Positions 37,490-51,300 of a stretch of DNA of 64,000 nt are shown one piece after another. A program made the translations under genes and the position numbers. The notes under the pieces are model-generated. The model was not told the origin of the DNA. It did not search any database and worked only from the letters and a program-made list of their open reading frames with translations. Source of the DNA: Adineta vaga (Eukaryota > Animalia > Rotifera); assembly GCA_021613535.1 (NCBI GenBank), contig CP075492.1, forward strand, positions 19,778,001-19,842,000, read 5' to 3'. Each line of letters starts with the position of its first letter. Position 1 is the first letter of the stretch.

Positions 37490-39620
37490 GAATCCTATTC
37501 CAAGATAACCTACGTGATGATATGCGAGAAGTATTACACCAAGAGAAAATCTCTCTTCCTCATATTGTTGTTGTTGGTGGTCAATCGGTAAGTAACAAAC
37601 CTATCTGTGATTTTCTTCCTTCTATATGTTCTTCTAAAGGTTGGTAAATCGTCCGTTCTTGAAGCATTAAGTGGAGTTCAATTGCCGCGCGCACAAAATA
37701 TTTGTACTCGATGTCCACTTGAATTACGAATGAAAAGTATTCCTATACATGAAAAAGAATATGCAATCATTCGATGCGACGGTGTTAATGAGATTCTGAT
37801 TAATGATTTTTCTGATATTATGAAACTCATTACTGATTGTACAGTACGATTAGCAGGTGATAAATTGAATGTTTCAACAAAACCGATCTATTTGACTGTC
37901 TATAAACATAGTATTCAAGCAGATTTAACACTTATTGATTTACCAGGCATAACTCGTAATCCTCTCGATGGACAATCGAAAACGATTTATCAAGATATTG
38001 TTACATTGATTGAACATTACATTGAACCGAAAACAGCGATCGTTTTACATGTTATTCCTTCATCTGTAGATTTTACCACTTCAGAATCGATTCAACTTGC
38101 TAAGAAAAATGATCCAACTTGTAAGAATTATCTCTTGAAATATTATTCTTTAATATTTGTTTCCATTCAAAAGGTGAACGACAATTGATTGCTGTATCGA
38201 AAATAGATAAATTTGATAAAGGTATTGGTGAAAAACTTCAAGGTATTGGACCAGGTTCAATGGTTTTAAAACTTGGTTGTATCGCTGTACTTAATCGTAC
38301 ACAAGAAGAAATTGATGAAAATATTCCATTTGATGAAATGCGAAGAAGAGAACAAAGTTTTTTTCGTTCAAACCAAGCATTTGTTAATGTTCCTGAACGA
38401 TATCTTGGTAGTTATCAATTAGTAAAACGTTTGACTTTAATTCAACAAGAACGTATACGATCAACATTACCATCCATTATTGATCAGCTAAAAAACGAAA
38501 TTAAATCGAAAAAAACTCAATTGAAACAAATGCCACCATCTGTATCATCTGAAATAGATTGTTGGTCATTGTATACAAGTTTATTAAAAAAATATAGTGA
38601 AATAATTAATTCACGTGTTCATGGAGTTTATGATAATGAAATGCAATTCAATTTCAATGAAAGTAATTTACGAACAGCAACAACCTTGGTTAATCAAGAT
38701 GTAAATGATCGATTTGATGAACGTATTGCTTTTCAATTATATAATCGGCAGAAAGACTGTCGAAATGCAATTAATACATGTTTTACAGATTTCTTTTCAA
38801 CACAATATCAAACACATGTGTTAAAATTACTTGAAGAAAATGCAGGTGTTGCATTACCAAATTTTCCATCATTTAGTATTGTCGAAAGACTTTATCATTT
38901 AGAGCAGAACAAATTGATTAAACCATGTGCAGATTTAGTGGAATCATATGTCGAATATTTAAAAACAATATTAATCAAAATTTTACATCAAATTTTTATT
39001 GAAGAAACAAGTTATAAATATAATTTAATACATAAATTAACTGATATTATTATGTGTACGCTCGATGAAAGTTATGAACATTGCAAAATCGATCTTGTGA
39101 GAATGTTAGAAATTGAACAACGAATTTTTACACTTGACACTTATTATATGGATTGTGTGGATAAAATCAAAAAGAAATGTCAAGACCATCTCAATAGTCT
39201 TCAACTGAGTATGTTTCAGTCTTGTATAAAAGAAAATCAAGATCGTGTACTCATCGATTTCTCTTTCTTTTAGATGGAAATAAACAAATAGGTTCATCGG
39301 TACATGCTATTAATGATTTTACAGTTAATTTGGCTTATATTTCAAATCAATATCCAACAACATTGGATGTTCAAACAGCTATAACAGCCTATTGTCGTGT
39401 AGTTGGACGACGTGTTATTGATCAAATTTCTCAATTATGCTATTATTGGTTTATTACTCGATGTGCTCTGATATTAGATTCAAAATTAACATCAGTATAT
39501 ACATCGGCTATACTATTCGAATGGATGCGTGAACCATTTGATCAACAACAAAAACGTGAAAGCTTAAAGACAAGTATTGATGCTATGGAACGAGCATTAC
39601 TTATGGGACAAAATATATAG
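37490..39620 (+). CDS. Mx-like dynamin-superfamily GTPase, N-terminus cut by a transposon end
   Basis: LPHIVVVGGQS|VGKSSVLEALSG..LPR..ICTRCPLELR, LTLIDLPGITR, VIPSSVDFTTSE, SKIDK, LPNFPSF, GED-like tail. Introns 37588-37639, ~38121-38173 and ~39209-39273. G1 reads GGQS instead of the usual GDQS. Confidence 0.9.
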
Positions 39621-39805
39621 AATATAAACATAATCTATTTAATTTTACTTGAAGGTATGGGAGATGAAAGTGCACGATACGCTGCATCTTCTATTGTCTC
39701 CGGACCCAAAAGATTTCTGATACTACTCTTTATTACATTTTCTTAAAGATCAATTATAGAGTTAGCAAAGAAATTAAAAAAGCTATGTCAATGATAAGTA
39801 AAATT

Positions 39806-40864
39806 TTAGAAACATCCGTGTTTTGTGTCGTTGAATTCTTCATCTAATCCATAATCTTGAACTTTTTTGTCAAATTCTTTCTCAATCACTATAACCCATC
39901 TCAATATTTAATCTGAATTTTTCACACAAAATTCATCTAATTTTGGATCCGTATGACAAAAAGATGCTGTATCATGCGTTTTCCGCCAATCTTTTTTTTC
40001 CACGATATAAAGTTCTTTGATGTGCTTTTATTCGAAGAACTCTACCCATAAAAACTTCAGCACATATAAAAGCACCATGACGATTTGCTTTGTTTTTTGT
40101 ACCTTTTCTTGATCGAGCAAAATACATTCCATGACCTAGCATTGTCGTATCTGCTTTAGTACTAATTATAAAATCCGAATGTGCAATTAGAATAGCTGAA
40201 CTTGGATTAGTTTGATGGAAACCAATGTAAAGATTTTTTTATTCTTTTCTGGATCAATATCAAAATGACGTGGTTGTGGATTGTAACCTTGAAAATGAAA
40301 TATAAATATATGTCCCAAATGACGACTTTCACATGCAGAACCAACAGAACATGTTTTATCACCTAATAGATGATAAGGAATATATCGTTGTTGTTTTCGT
40401 GAAAGTGATGTGGTTGGTATCTCAAAAAAAAATCCAAGATTAGTAAATCCTGACTTGTAATGCCACCATATACGATAATGATAATAATCCAAAAGAGATG
40501 CTAATATAAGAAAAAAGAATGATATACCAATAATAATAGAAAGACTTTTTGTTGTTATATGATGTCTTATCGTAAGACAAATCACAATTGTTGCTATACG
40601 AATACAAAACATGACAAACGAATATGCGAATTTTAATTGAAAACGTAATGTTGGCCGTGCACGATAACATGGACAATTACAATTGAAAGACAGACATCGA
40701 TGTGTTGATTTTGCTGTAAATAAACTGTAGATCTGTTGGCGACAGCTTAGTAAACAACAAATACAGCAACATATTGGTATTAAAGATAATAATATTAGAA
40801 AAATAAATACAAGCATGCCACCGTTCGAATTGTATCCGCAAGAAACAGAATTAAACTTCACCAA
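39806..40864 (-). pseudogene. Multi-pass membrane region plus Gig2/PARP-like ADP-ribosyltransferase domain
   Basis: Cys-rich TM helices. After a frameshift: YIGFHQTN..MLGHGMYFARS..GAFICAEVFMGRV..DEFCVKN (H-Y-E-type layout). Two homopolymer frameshifts and one stop. Confidence 0.75.
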
Positions 40865-42164
40865 TTAATTCACAATTTTCTCAACTTTATAATAGCAATC
40901 ACCAATCAAAGGATTTGTTGTTACTACAAACTTGTGTGCTTTTTGTAATGCGATCTGATACATATTAAAGGCATCGTCAAAACGATCTTGTTCAGAATAA
41001 ATATCACCGATTCTAAGATGATGTTGTATACATTTTGTAGATGTCACATGACCTGTCTCTTCAAGCAATTGGAAATGACGCAAACGATAGTCCAATGCTT
41101 TATCTAGATTGTCTGTTAAATTGGCTACTGAATCATACAAGTTCGCTAATTCATTTGTATCAGTAGGAGGCGAATGATTGAGTTTGTTTTCAATCCATTC
41201 GAAACGATTTTGATCATAGTTTGATTCTTTCCACAAAAGCTTTTCACAGGATTCACAAAATTTTGAAAGTCTGATAGAGTCTGGCTAGGAAGAATCATAT
41301 ATTCATCGGCTATGCTTCTCAAGTTTTCGCATGCTATTTGCATTGCATCATCAAATTGACGAATATAATTTCCAAGTTGCTGAAGTTGCGGATCATCGTC
41401 TGTTGTCATTTTTAATTGTATATTCCAAATGCCATCATCAAATTGTTTCATTCCTTCAATTCGGACTATGGAAGGTACTGAGAATAAAATTTCGCCTTCT
41501 CTCATCGAACTCAAATGATCGATAGAAGCATATGGAACAAACGTTTTTATTGAAGTATCAACATCAATTTCAAAAGTCATACCTACGAGAGATATATCAT
41601 TTTCATCGATGCCTTGTATAAAACTTCTTGCCACATCTTCTGAAGATGTTGTCGAAAGAAAACTATAAAAGGCAATGAGACCACCAATACTACGTTTTAT
41701 TTGTTCAAGGATAATTTTTGGCACGCTAGAACAAATTCTGTATGAATATATCTTATGTTCGATGATTAGAGAAACAAGTTAACTTACATTTGACCACGAT
41801 ATAGTTTCGCTGCAGAAACAGGATTAGAATTTTGTTCGCGTATCAGAGCTTCGTGAAGATCTTTGATGAAGAAACGTAATTTCCATATTGATATAACTTT
41901 CAATCCTCGTGAGATTGAATTGAGTAATCTAAATAGAAATGCATCTCGCGTATACCACCAAATCGAAGAATGTTTATTGTAATCTCGATGAAATTCATCA
42001 ATAAATCTTAAGTGGGCCGAATTATTACGACAATATTCAGTACAATATTCAACAAACTCATCCATATTAACGACATCGTATTCGATTTCAACAATCAATT
42101 CTTTGAAAATCTGTAAATACATGAACAATCGATCTATGAAGACATATGTTATAATTAATATCAA
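40865..42164 (-). pseudogene. Arginine-type (R-S-E) ADP-ribosyltransferase plus TPR-like repeats
   Basis: IWWYTRDAFLFRLLN, LYRGQ, FLSTT, FEID, REGEILF, then TPR-like helices (IGDIYSEQDRFDDAFNMYQIAL). Intron ~41730-41787; frameshift ~41255. Confidence 0.8.
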
Positions 42165-43053
42165 ATAAATCTATTGAATGACCGAAATAATATATATAAA
42201 TTTAAAAGAAGTTTTTATGCTTTTAGAACATTATTTTTTAAATTCATCTGATGACAAATTACTTATATACTTCATGTCTTTAAATTGCTTCAGTACTCTC
42301 ACAAATGATTTTCCCACCGAACGTTAAACGTTGTTTACAAGCAGGCGACTCACCACTATCTTGTATGATTTCTTTTACATTAACCACAGTCGTTACCGGG
42401 TGCACTGTTATTATAATCCATTCGCCCGTGGGTATATAAATAAATATCTGAAAGAGTCATTGAAATGTGTTGTATTAATCTTCATAGAAAAAACCAAAAG
42501 ATTCGATCAATTTATTTTATTAGTTTTAATTAATTTTGCCATTAGGATTGAATTCTTTTGATATAACTGAGCTAATATAATTTCACAATATGCAACGAAT
42601 TTATATAATACGATTGTCAATCAATGTATACGTATAGATTGATATCCATGGAAATATGTATTAGATGATCCAAGATGCCTTAAAGTGACATTCGATGTGT
42701 TTCAAGGAAAAAACCTTAATGAATGAAAGTCATGTGATGGGAAATTCCAGTTCTCTAGAAACTGGTTTCTATACGGATTCATCTCGTATATATAGTGACT
42801 GTCGTCATGTAATGGGAAAAACAAAATGGGTGGGTGTGGTTGAGTGGGGTTAGGATACTCTCTGAATCATTATTCATACTCTCACACATTTATCTCATAT
42901 ATCGAATACACGGTTTTGAATATTTCTGTCAGACTAAGTTGCTCAAATGCGTGTTTGCAGTTTTTATTAATTTCTTGTAATGGAAAGATTAGAGAGCACC
43001 ACTGAAAAAAAATGAAAATCACGGATCAAAATGTCTTTAAGCAGCATTATTCT

Positions 43054-44169
43054 TCAAAGTTTCATTTCAATATTGCATTTAGAATCGTCTGAAAATTTTC
43101 CTTCGTTAAATCGACCCTTACATTTCGTGCCATCAGACGAAGTATATACACCGTAACCTGTTCTCATATCGTCATACCAACTGCCCATATATGTATCGCC
43201 TCCAGACCAAGTCATAATCCCTTCACCGTCCCTCGTATCGTTCTTCCAATCACCCATGTAATAGTTGTCATTGAACAAAACTGCACTACCCCTGCCATGT
43301 CTCTTATCGTTAATCCAGTCACCTACATATGTATCGCCATTATACCATGTCATAACACCTTTGCCATGTCTCTTACCGTTAATCCAGTCACCTACATATA
43401 TATCGCCATCATACCATGTCATAACACCTCGACCCGTCATGTCTCCCTCAATCCAGTCACCTACATATTTGTTACCGTTAGAATAGTAATATGTACCAAC
43501 TCCATGTCTAAAGCCACCTTTGAATCGTCCTTCATATCTTTCGCCATCGGCCCATTCAAAGATACCCTGACCCGTCTGCATATCGTCAATCCAACCACCT
43601 ATGTAAATATCGCCATCAGACCAAATCATAAGACCTTCACCATTTCTATTATAGTTGAGCCAGGTACCGCTATACTGACTGCCATCAGAAAACCTCATAA
43701 CACCCTGACCCGTTTGGACTCCTTGGGTCCAGTTACCTACATATTTGTTACCGTTGGAATAGTAACATGTACCAACTCCATGTCTAAAGCCATCTTTGAA
43801 TCGTCCTTCATATCTTTCGCCATCGGACGATCTGAAGATACCCTGACCCATCTGCATATCGTTAATCCAATCACCTGTATAAATTGTGCCATTAGACCAA
43901 ATCATATCACCTTTGCCATGTCTCTTACCGTTAATCCAGTCACCTACATATATATCACCATCATACCATGTCATAACACCTCGACCCGTCATGTCTCCCT
44001 CAATCCAGTCACCTACATATTTGTTACCGTTAGAATAGTGACATGTACCAACTCCATGCCTGAAGCCATTTTTAAGTTGTCCTGTGTAATTATTACCATT
44101 TGAATACGTTACGACGCTTGAAACTATTGAAAAGATAAAAACAAGTGTCAAAAAGAGTCTCATTAGCAA
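43054..44169 (-). CDS. MORN-repeat protein (~15 repeats of 23 aa), possibly the last exon of the trypsin gene
   Basis: YxGxWxxGxRHGxG repeats with a 69-nt period and near-identical duplicated blocks (~43360-43520 vs ~43910-44070). Confidence 0.9.
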   Translation of the reverse strand: MLMRLFLTLVFIFSIVSSVVTYSNGNNYTGQLKNGFRHGVGTCHYSNGNKYVGDWIEGDMTGRGVMTWYDGDIYVGDWINGKRHGKGDMIWSNGTIYTGDWINDMQMGQGIFRSSDGERYEGRFKDGFRHGVGTCYYSNGNKYVGNWTQGVQTGQGVMRFSDGSQYSGTWLNYNRNGEGLMIWSDGDIYIGGWIDDMQTGQGIFEWADGERYEGRFKGGFRHGVGTYYYSNGNKYVGDWIEGDMTGRGVMTWYDGDIYVGDWINGKRHGKGVMTWYNGDTYVGDWINDKRHGRGSAVLFNDNYYMGDWKNDTRDGEGIMTWSGGDTYMGSWYDDMRTGYGVYTSSDGTKCKGRFNEGKFSDDSKCNIEMKL

Positions 44170-45170
44170 TAGAATCTAGTAAGAAGAAAAACTAACGGAA
44201 AAAGTGGAATTGGAGTATAATTCACACTGAAATCAAATAGAGGAGAGGCACAAAGAAATTATACATAAAAGCAACGCTACACACAAAACTAAAGCACGGC
44301 AGTGATGATTGAAAAATAACTATATTCCAATTTTTCAATTCACCAGCGTACTCATTTAATTATGCACGGTTTTGGTGGCTGACTATACTATATTCGTTTT
44401 AATTATTACGTTCTTTTTCAGAGAATCATTGAAAAGGCTTAGTATGTGAACAGTTGCCACACATTCTCCTTTCCGCTGAACAAAAGTGGTAAAAGAAGAA
44501 CTCTTCGATGAGATTATTGTTATGTATGTATCTCACCAAAACAAGTGAAATTATGACTAATAGTAACAGATGTGTCAGTACTAGAGAGCAGTGAGTCCAT
44601 CTTATTTTACATCGAGGCACGGATCTGCACCTGAGAAAAGTTAGCTGTGGATCTGGAGTCAACTCAAATCCAATTGAATTTAGATCTTAAGTTTCTTCCT
44701 TAATATTTAATAGTTTCTGTCAACATAAATAAATGGAGATACACGAGAAAGAACTTTTCTCACCATACTTATATGTGGAAATATTGATTGTCTATGTCTT
44801 AGTTCTCATTCATATTTTTTTACTTAATTTACTAACTCTTACTGGTAGCAACTCTCCGATTGTATAAAACATAATCAGACAAAGAAATCTATATTCCCGG
44901 GCGGAATTCTGATATTTTTGGGTTCAGAACTTAATCCAAATCGGACTGATATCAGCAATAATCTATATGAAGTTCGAGAAATCAAAAGAATGCTGTACTT
45001 AATGAATTTCAATATCCTTTAAATAATATAGAAACTCTTATGATACAGCTAATTCTCAGAAACTAAATGCAGTACATTCTAATCTCGACCAAAGTTATGT
45101 TAAGAGTATATAGTCATCAAGCACTTTCTACTAGATATACATTCTGTTTTCAAAAAATGTTTATACTTAC

Positions 45171-46407
45171 GGATAAGAGTAGAATTCGGCGCATTATATT
45201 TCTTCATCAACGAATGATTATATAAACTTGAATGAATGCACGTCGAGTTGAGACATGCATATGTATTATTTGCTAAGCAAGAATTGTCTTCAACTTTGAT
45301 GCATGAATTAATACACGATTGAACAGAATACGTCGATGTAAAAGCAATACCTGAATCTGTATCAAACGGACATTGGCATTTACAAGTATAAAGTTTGTTG
45401 ACTGGTGGTTTGTATTTATTTCGAATAACTGAATTGATAAAGTTGTGATACACGCTGACACGAGTATAAATTCCAGCTTTCATAGGGGATGTGCAGCCGA
45501 AATCACCGAAACTTGTGATACCCACTAATTCCCATCGTTTCTTGGTGGGTACGAATCTCATCAATGGACCGCCACTATCTCCTTTACAGGTATCTATATG
45601 AAACAATATGGAAAATTCAATGTTTTTTGTTACAGAAAAGGTTTACCTTTATGGGGAGCATAGGCACATATTTGAACTGTCCTATTAGAAATTAAAGTAG
45701 AACAGCGACTCATTAAGTTATCGATCACTTTCAGAGAAACTTGTTGTAGATTATCGGTAGAAGTATTACTGATTCCTGTTCTACCCCATCCAATTGCAAC
45801 AACATCGGTGTTCGGCAAGGGATACTGTGAACCACTTTTAGCGTTAGGAAGACATATTTTTGATATCCATCGATCGGTAAAGTTTAATGGTTCATCGAGA
45901 TGGAGTATTGCAATATCATTTTCAGATGTTTTGTTATTATATTCGTGATGAATAAAGATTTTATTGATAGACCGTTTTTGTTGACAGCCATCCGACCAAC
46001 GATCAGATCCGGCACAGACAATAGTATTCGACAATGTATACATTTCATCTTCTACACAATGAGCAGCTGTGATAAGGTAGTTCGGATCGATGATGACTGC
46101 TGCACACATATGCTTACTCTAACAATCAAAAAAATATTAAAATGAAAATCAATATTGATACAGATCAAAAATGATTTTTCTTCAACATATATAACTTTAC
46201 CTTGTTTCGTATTGGTTCCATCAGTGAAACAATCCAACCCCAACTCTCTTTCACAGAACGTTCACCACCATACACTTTTGACACTATTGTAGAAACCCGT
46301 GAACATCCACATGTAGATGATTGGTCACATTCATATGTAATCTTCTGTGCATGATGGACTACACACATAGACAGAAGTATAAATAACAAACTGATCGTTG
46401 TGTACAT
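45171..46407 (-). CDS. Secreted trypsin-like serine protease with a Cys-rich extension
   Basis: Signal peptide, activation site SK|VYGG, TAAHC, ENDIAIL, DTCKGDSGGP, GITSFG. Introns 46119-46200 and 45594-45646. Donor GTAAGT at 45170. Confidence 0.92.
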
Positions 46408-48320
46408 TTACAAGTAACAATTTTACTTTTAATAATAGCAATAATGAAATCAGACTTAAATATAAGAATAAAACTGACTCACAATGAGTAATAGATAGTG
46501 TTCTGGGAAAACAACCATTTATGCTTCCCGAAATCTAAATGGAAATGGGAATGGGAAAAATGGTTCCCATAGGACATTAGTCATAGATCAAATTGAATAT
46601 GACATCATACTAAATGTCGACAGTTTGTTCGATAGAAGAATAATCAATCATCAATGTATCAATTTCTTTTTGAAAAAATGAAAGATTAAGTGTCATTACC
46701 TTTCTATTATAACATTTAAAATCAGTGAGAAAAAGAAAAAGTTCTCTTTTCAAATTCCGTTATTATATATAGACATAGTCAATAATATATTGATGATAAT
46801 GTTGTACAACGAAGTATTAATGGATATTAATAATCATATTACTACCTCACAATAATTCTTATTGAAAATCATGTATTCGAATGAAATTTATTTTCGTGTT
46901 TAAATGATTTTTTTCTCGTTTAATATTTTCAAGAACATCTTTTACTGCTAGTTAAAACAATATTATATACACAATTTGTATCAAATTATCAAACAATTAC
47001 AAATGATTCAATAAATTCTCAAAGATTGCATTTATTTTATGCAACATTATACTATTGAACAGAAATTAAAGATATTTCACCAGATAAATGTGATTTTATA
47101 CGTACTGTTTATCGGGATTGTCCTAATTGTGATATATTTCTTGATTCCACCATTTTGACAGCAAGTAAGAAAGAAAAAAAAAAACTTTTATTTTATCTAT
47201 GTATTCTTCTTTCTTCTTGTTTAGCAATGATAGCATAGAATCTTACATTGAGTTCTTGATCTAATATTGATGCAAGACAAAACAATTGGATACAATCTTC
47301 ATATACTTATACTTATACAGTAAGTGCGCATCTACAATTGTTACATTAGTAAGGATGAATGAAATATAGATGATATTTCCGTACGTAATTCATCATCAAG
47401 TGATAGATAGTTTTAGTATCGAATTATTTCAATAAATGCTATATGGCAAATCTGTCATATTGTTACAAGCTTTTATTGTTACCGTTGGACATTCATATAT
47501 AATTCAGATGGTGGTGACGGTACAAATCCTGTAAGAATAACTTCTATGGTAGTTTAACAAAGAAATTTTCATTTTACAAAGCTCTTACGGAAAACTTGAA
47601 ATTATGTTGCATTAATTAAATTAAGGTTTTCATTGAAATAATAAAACAAATGTCATGATAACTTGTGTAAATATTATCGTAAGATAAGGATTCAGATAGA
47701 ATAACATAATAGTAGAATTATAACTAAAGTATTGCTTAATCTGTTAAAGCTATCATCGCTTTTTTTGCTCAACTGCGAAAAAAAAAGAATTCATCATAAG
47801 ATCGTCTTATAATAAGAACGAAAGTAATTCAATCAGACATCTACTACGTTTAGTTACACAAATAAACAGGTAAACATAGTGAAAAGTATTTCTCTTCTCT
47901 TTTCATTGACATCCTCAAGATAGTTTCTGTATTAATTTCCAAATAATTGCTTTTCTCGAATTCGTTCAAATATTGTCTGTTGTCGTAATATTATATTAAT
48001 TAGTAAAAAACAACGACAGATCTGATAGATTTGTAGTTAACTATAAACATCTGAACACAATCACTATTAAAACTTTTTCACTCTCACCCTCAAGACACTT
48101 TACATGAATATCTATCATCATTTATAACAATACTATCGCGTGTTCTTTTTTCTCTTTTCTTTATCTATGGTTTTTTTCTCATTCATATCTTTTTATAGTG
48201 CTCTATGTTGATATTAGAATTAATAAATCTTCTTCTAGTTACCTTGTGTCTATTCGAAAACATTATTTTCTAAACTTTATCAAATATCACATCAAAAACC
48301 TCTATATCGATTACATTTTA

Positions 48321-51300
48321 ATGGAAGAATCGCCATTACTCAAACTTCCTGTGGAAATACTTCATCGTATTTTTGATTTCTGTGATACTCAAACAATTCT
48401 ATGTAAGATTGGTCGTGCTTGTAAGACGCTGCATTCTATTGTAAATCAATATGATCGACTTCATGTTAAGTTTAACATTCATATGTGTAGAGAAAGCAAA
48501 CGAGATATTCCTCGTCATTTGCAAGTTTTCTATGAACGTGCTGTGTCATTATCATGTTGGTGGTATTATGCTTCGAATATTCAAAAGGAGATTTTTATTT
48601 TTGATTTATTACAATGCAAACGACTTCGTCATTTGACTCTTTCTGCTATTGATGACAAAAGTATGCAATCTTTATTCATAGAACAAAATAATATGAAATT
48701 AGTTTCACTTACAATTGATTCAAAGGATTGCACAAGCAATGCATCATTTAAAGTTGTTTCATCATTTATTGAAAAATCAAAACTTCAAAAACTTATTTGG
48801 AAATACTTATTTTATAAAGCTGAAGAAATGTCTTGGCCAGATCAATGCAAATTAAAATCTTTAGTAATTCTTCGTTGTTTCTATGATCAATATTCGTATC
48901 TTCTCCATCAATTACCATACTTAGAAACATTTCAAATTCAAGATATTTATACACGTGAAAATCCTATGTATTTACCATTATTAAATTTTTCATTTCATTC
49001 ATCATTAACACGTCTTTGCATTACATATTGTGCTTTATCGATAGAACATTTTCGATCATTAATTTCAAAGACACCAGCACTTTGTGAACTCATATTAAAA
49101 TATTCTCCAGAGAAATTCCAATCTCTCATGGAGATTTATGAATGGGAAGAATTTGTTCGACTTGAATTAAATTTTCTCAAGAAATTTCAATTCTTCATTC
49201 CATATAGAGTTTCCAAAAATGATCCTGTTCGTCTTGATACCATCATAGCACCATTTCGAGATCCGTTTTGGCTCAATGAAAAACGATGGTTTACTATTTG
49301 TGGTCAAATCATCGGAGCATATGAGCCCGATACAATATCACTTTTTACAATACCAATTACTCAATTTATTCATATGTCTTACTTTGATTCTTTATATGTA
49401 AAATGTGGATTTTCATCAAAAGATAATATTTATTATATAAATAAACAGTCACGAAATGAAATTACTTCTGAAACTGTACATGATGTAAGTATTGCATTTT
49501 TATTCTATTTTGAGTTCAAATTTTGTTAAATGAGATCAAGATACAAATCAAATCTGATATTATACATATACGAAAGATTCGATCTTTTCAATGAAAACAT
49601 TTTCATAAAGACACTCCCTGTAGTACACCTTGCTGAACAACGCATAGAAACTTCACATTTGCGAATTTTCGCTTATGCTCTACGAAATAATCAGGTATTT
49701 TAACATTTATTTATTTTATACCATATCTAAAATATGTTTTTTTTCTTTAATATTCAGATAACTATCGAGTTGAATTTGTATAACAATAAAATTGATGCAC
49801 TTGGTACACAATATCTTGTTGAAGCGTTAGTAAATAATACGGTACATCTTATAATCAATCATGATATGTCTAAAATCTCCTGATTCTAATATAAATAGAC
49901 ATTGATTAAATTAAATCTAGGTCGCAACAATATTCATGATGAAGGAGCCAAACATATAGCTCATTTATTGGAAACTAGCAAAGTCTGTTTCTTTATTTCA
50001 AACTTCTTTCAAATCTTTTTTTCTTTCGCTTATAGACACTTCGCAAATTAGAGCTTGATGATAATAAAATCAGTGCTATTGGTGCTCAACATTTGTCGTA
50101 TGCCTTGCAACATAACAATGTATAATTCATTTTGCTATTCATACACCTCCAAATCATCGTGTCTATTATTTACAGACACTTACTATATTAAATCTCGGTG
50201 ACAATGTTATCGGAGACGAAGGTGTCAAACATATTACTGATGCTTTAAACATGAATCACGTATCTATCATCTTTTTCTAAGTTTTTTATGTTTTCTACGA
50301 ACGCGTTTATTTTCATAATGAAACATTTAGACATTGAAAGAATTGGATCTTCATCGAAACAAAATTACAGACGATGGAGTCAAATCTTTATCGGAAGTAT
50401 TACAAAATAATAATGTATATTTAACTTTACTTTGTAGAAAGTTTAATTTGAATGTCAACATCTAGACACTTGAAAAGATGAATCTTGCAAATAATGATAT
50501 TCATGATGACGGTGCTAGGGTTCTTGCTATTACATTGAAAAACCAGAAGGTAGTTTATATTATTCTTTGGTTGTATGATGTTCTTATTCAAATTTCCACA
50601 TAAAGACTGTTCTGACGATCAATCTCGACTACAATTCAATTACTGTACCCGAATCACAATATTTGTTTGATGATTTGGAACAAGATATGGTATATCGTTT
50701 GTCTTTATTTCTGAGATGTTATTCATCTACTCTTAATATACGCAGACTGGTATTAAACTTTCTTTCAAAGGAAACGGAAATAAATACTACGAAGCTGTTA
50801 AAATTGCGACGCAACTGAAAAACGATCATGTAAACTTGACTTTGAATACTTCCTAGTTTTTTCAAGTTTATTGTCTCCTCTATTTATAGACTTTAACAAA
50901 AATTTCATCTTGTGGTTCGTTTCGCGACGTAGGAGCGAAGCTTATCGCAAATGCTTTGCCACATAATACAGTTATTAATATTCATCATTATCAACCTCAA
51001 ATTTGACTTTGTTTTTCACTTAGACACTAAAAGAACTTGAATTAACATGTGCTGGGATCACAATTCAAGGAGTAAAATATCTTGCCGATGCCTTACAAAA
51101 GAATATGGTGATAATATTCAAATTCATATCGTGTTTTTTTTTCTACAATTCTATCAATTTTTTTCACATAGTCACTTCAAGTATTGAATCTTGATAATAA
51201 TCAAATCGGTGCTATCGGTACACAATATTTTCTACATGCTATACATTCCAATACTGTATAACTCATCTTTTTCCTCAAGAATTTCTATTAAATCGTTTCT

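Noticed and set aside
43297-44103. 268-aa + strand ORF
   Set aside because: Antisense shadow of the MORN repeats. The same applies to ORFs 23555-23857, 31106-31408, 3026-3424 and 62627-62878.
46950-47560. Possible exon remnants on the + strand
   Set aside because: No consistent frame or recognisable motif.
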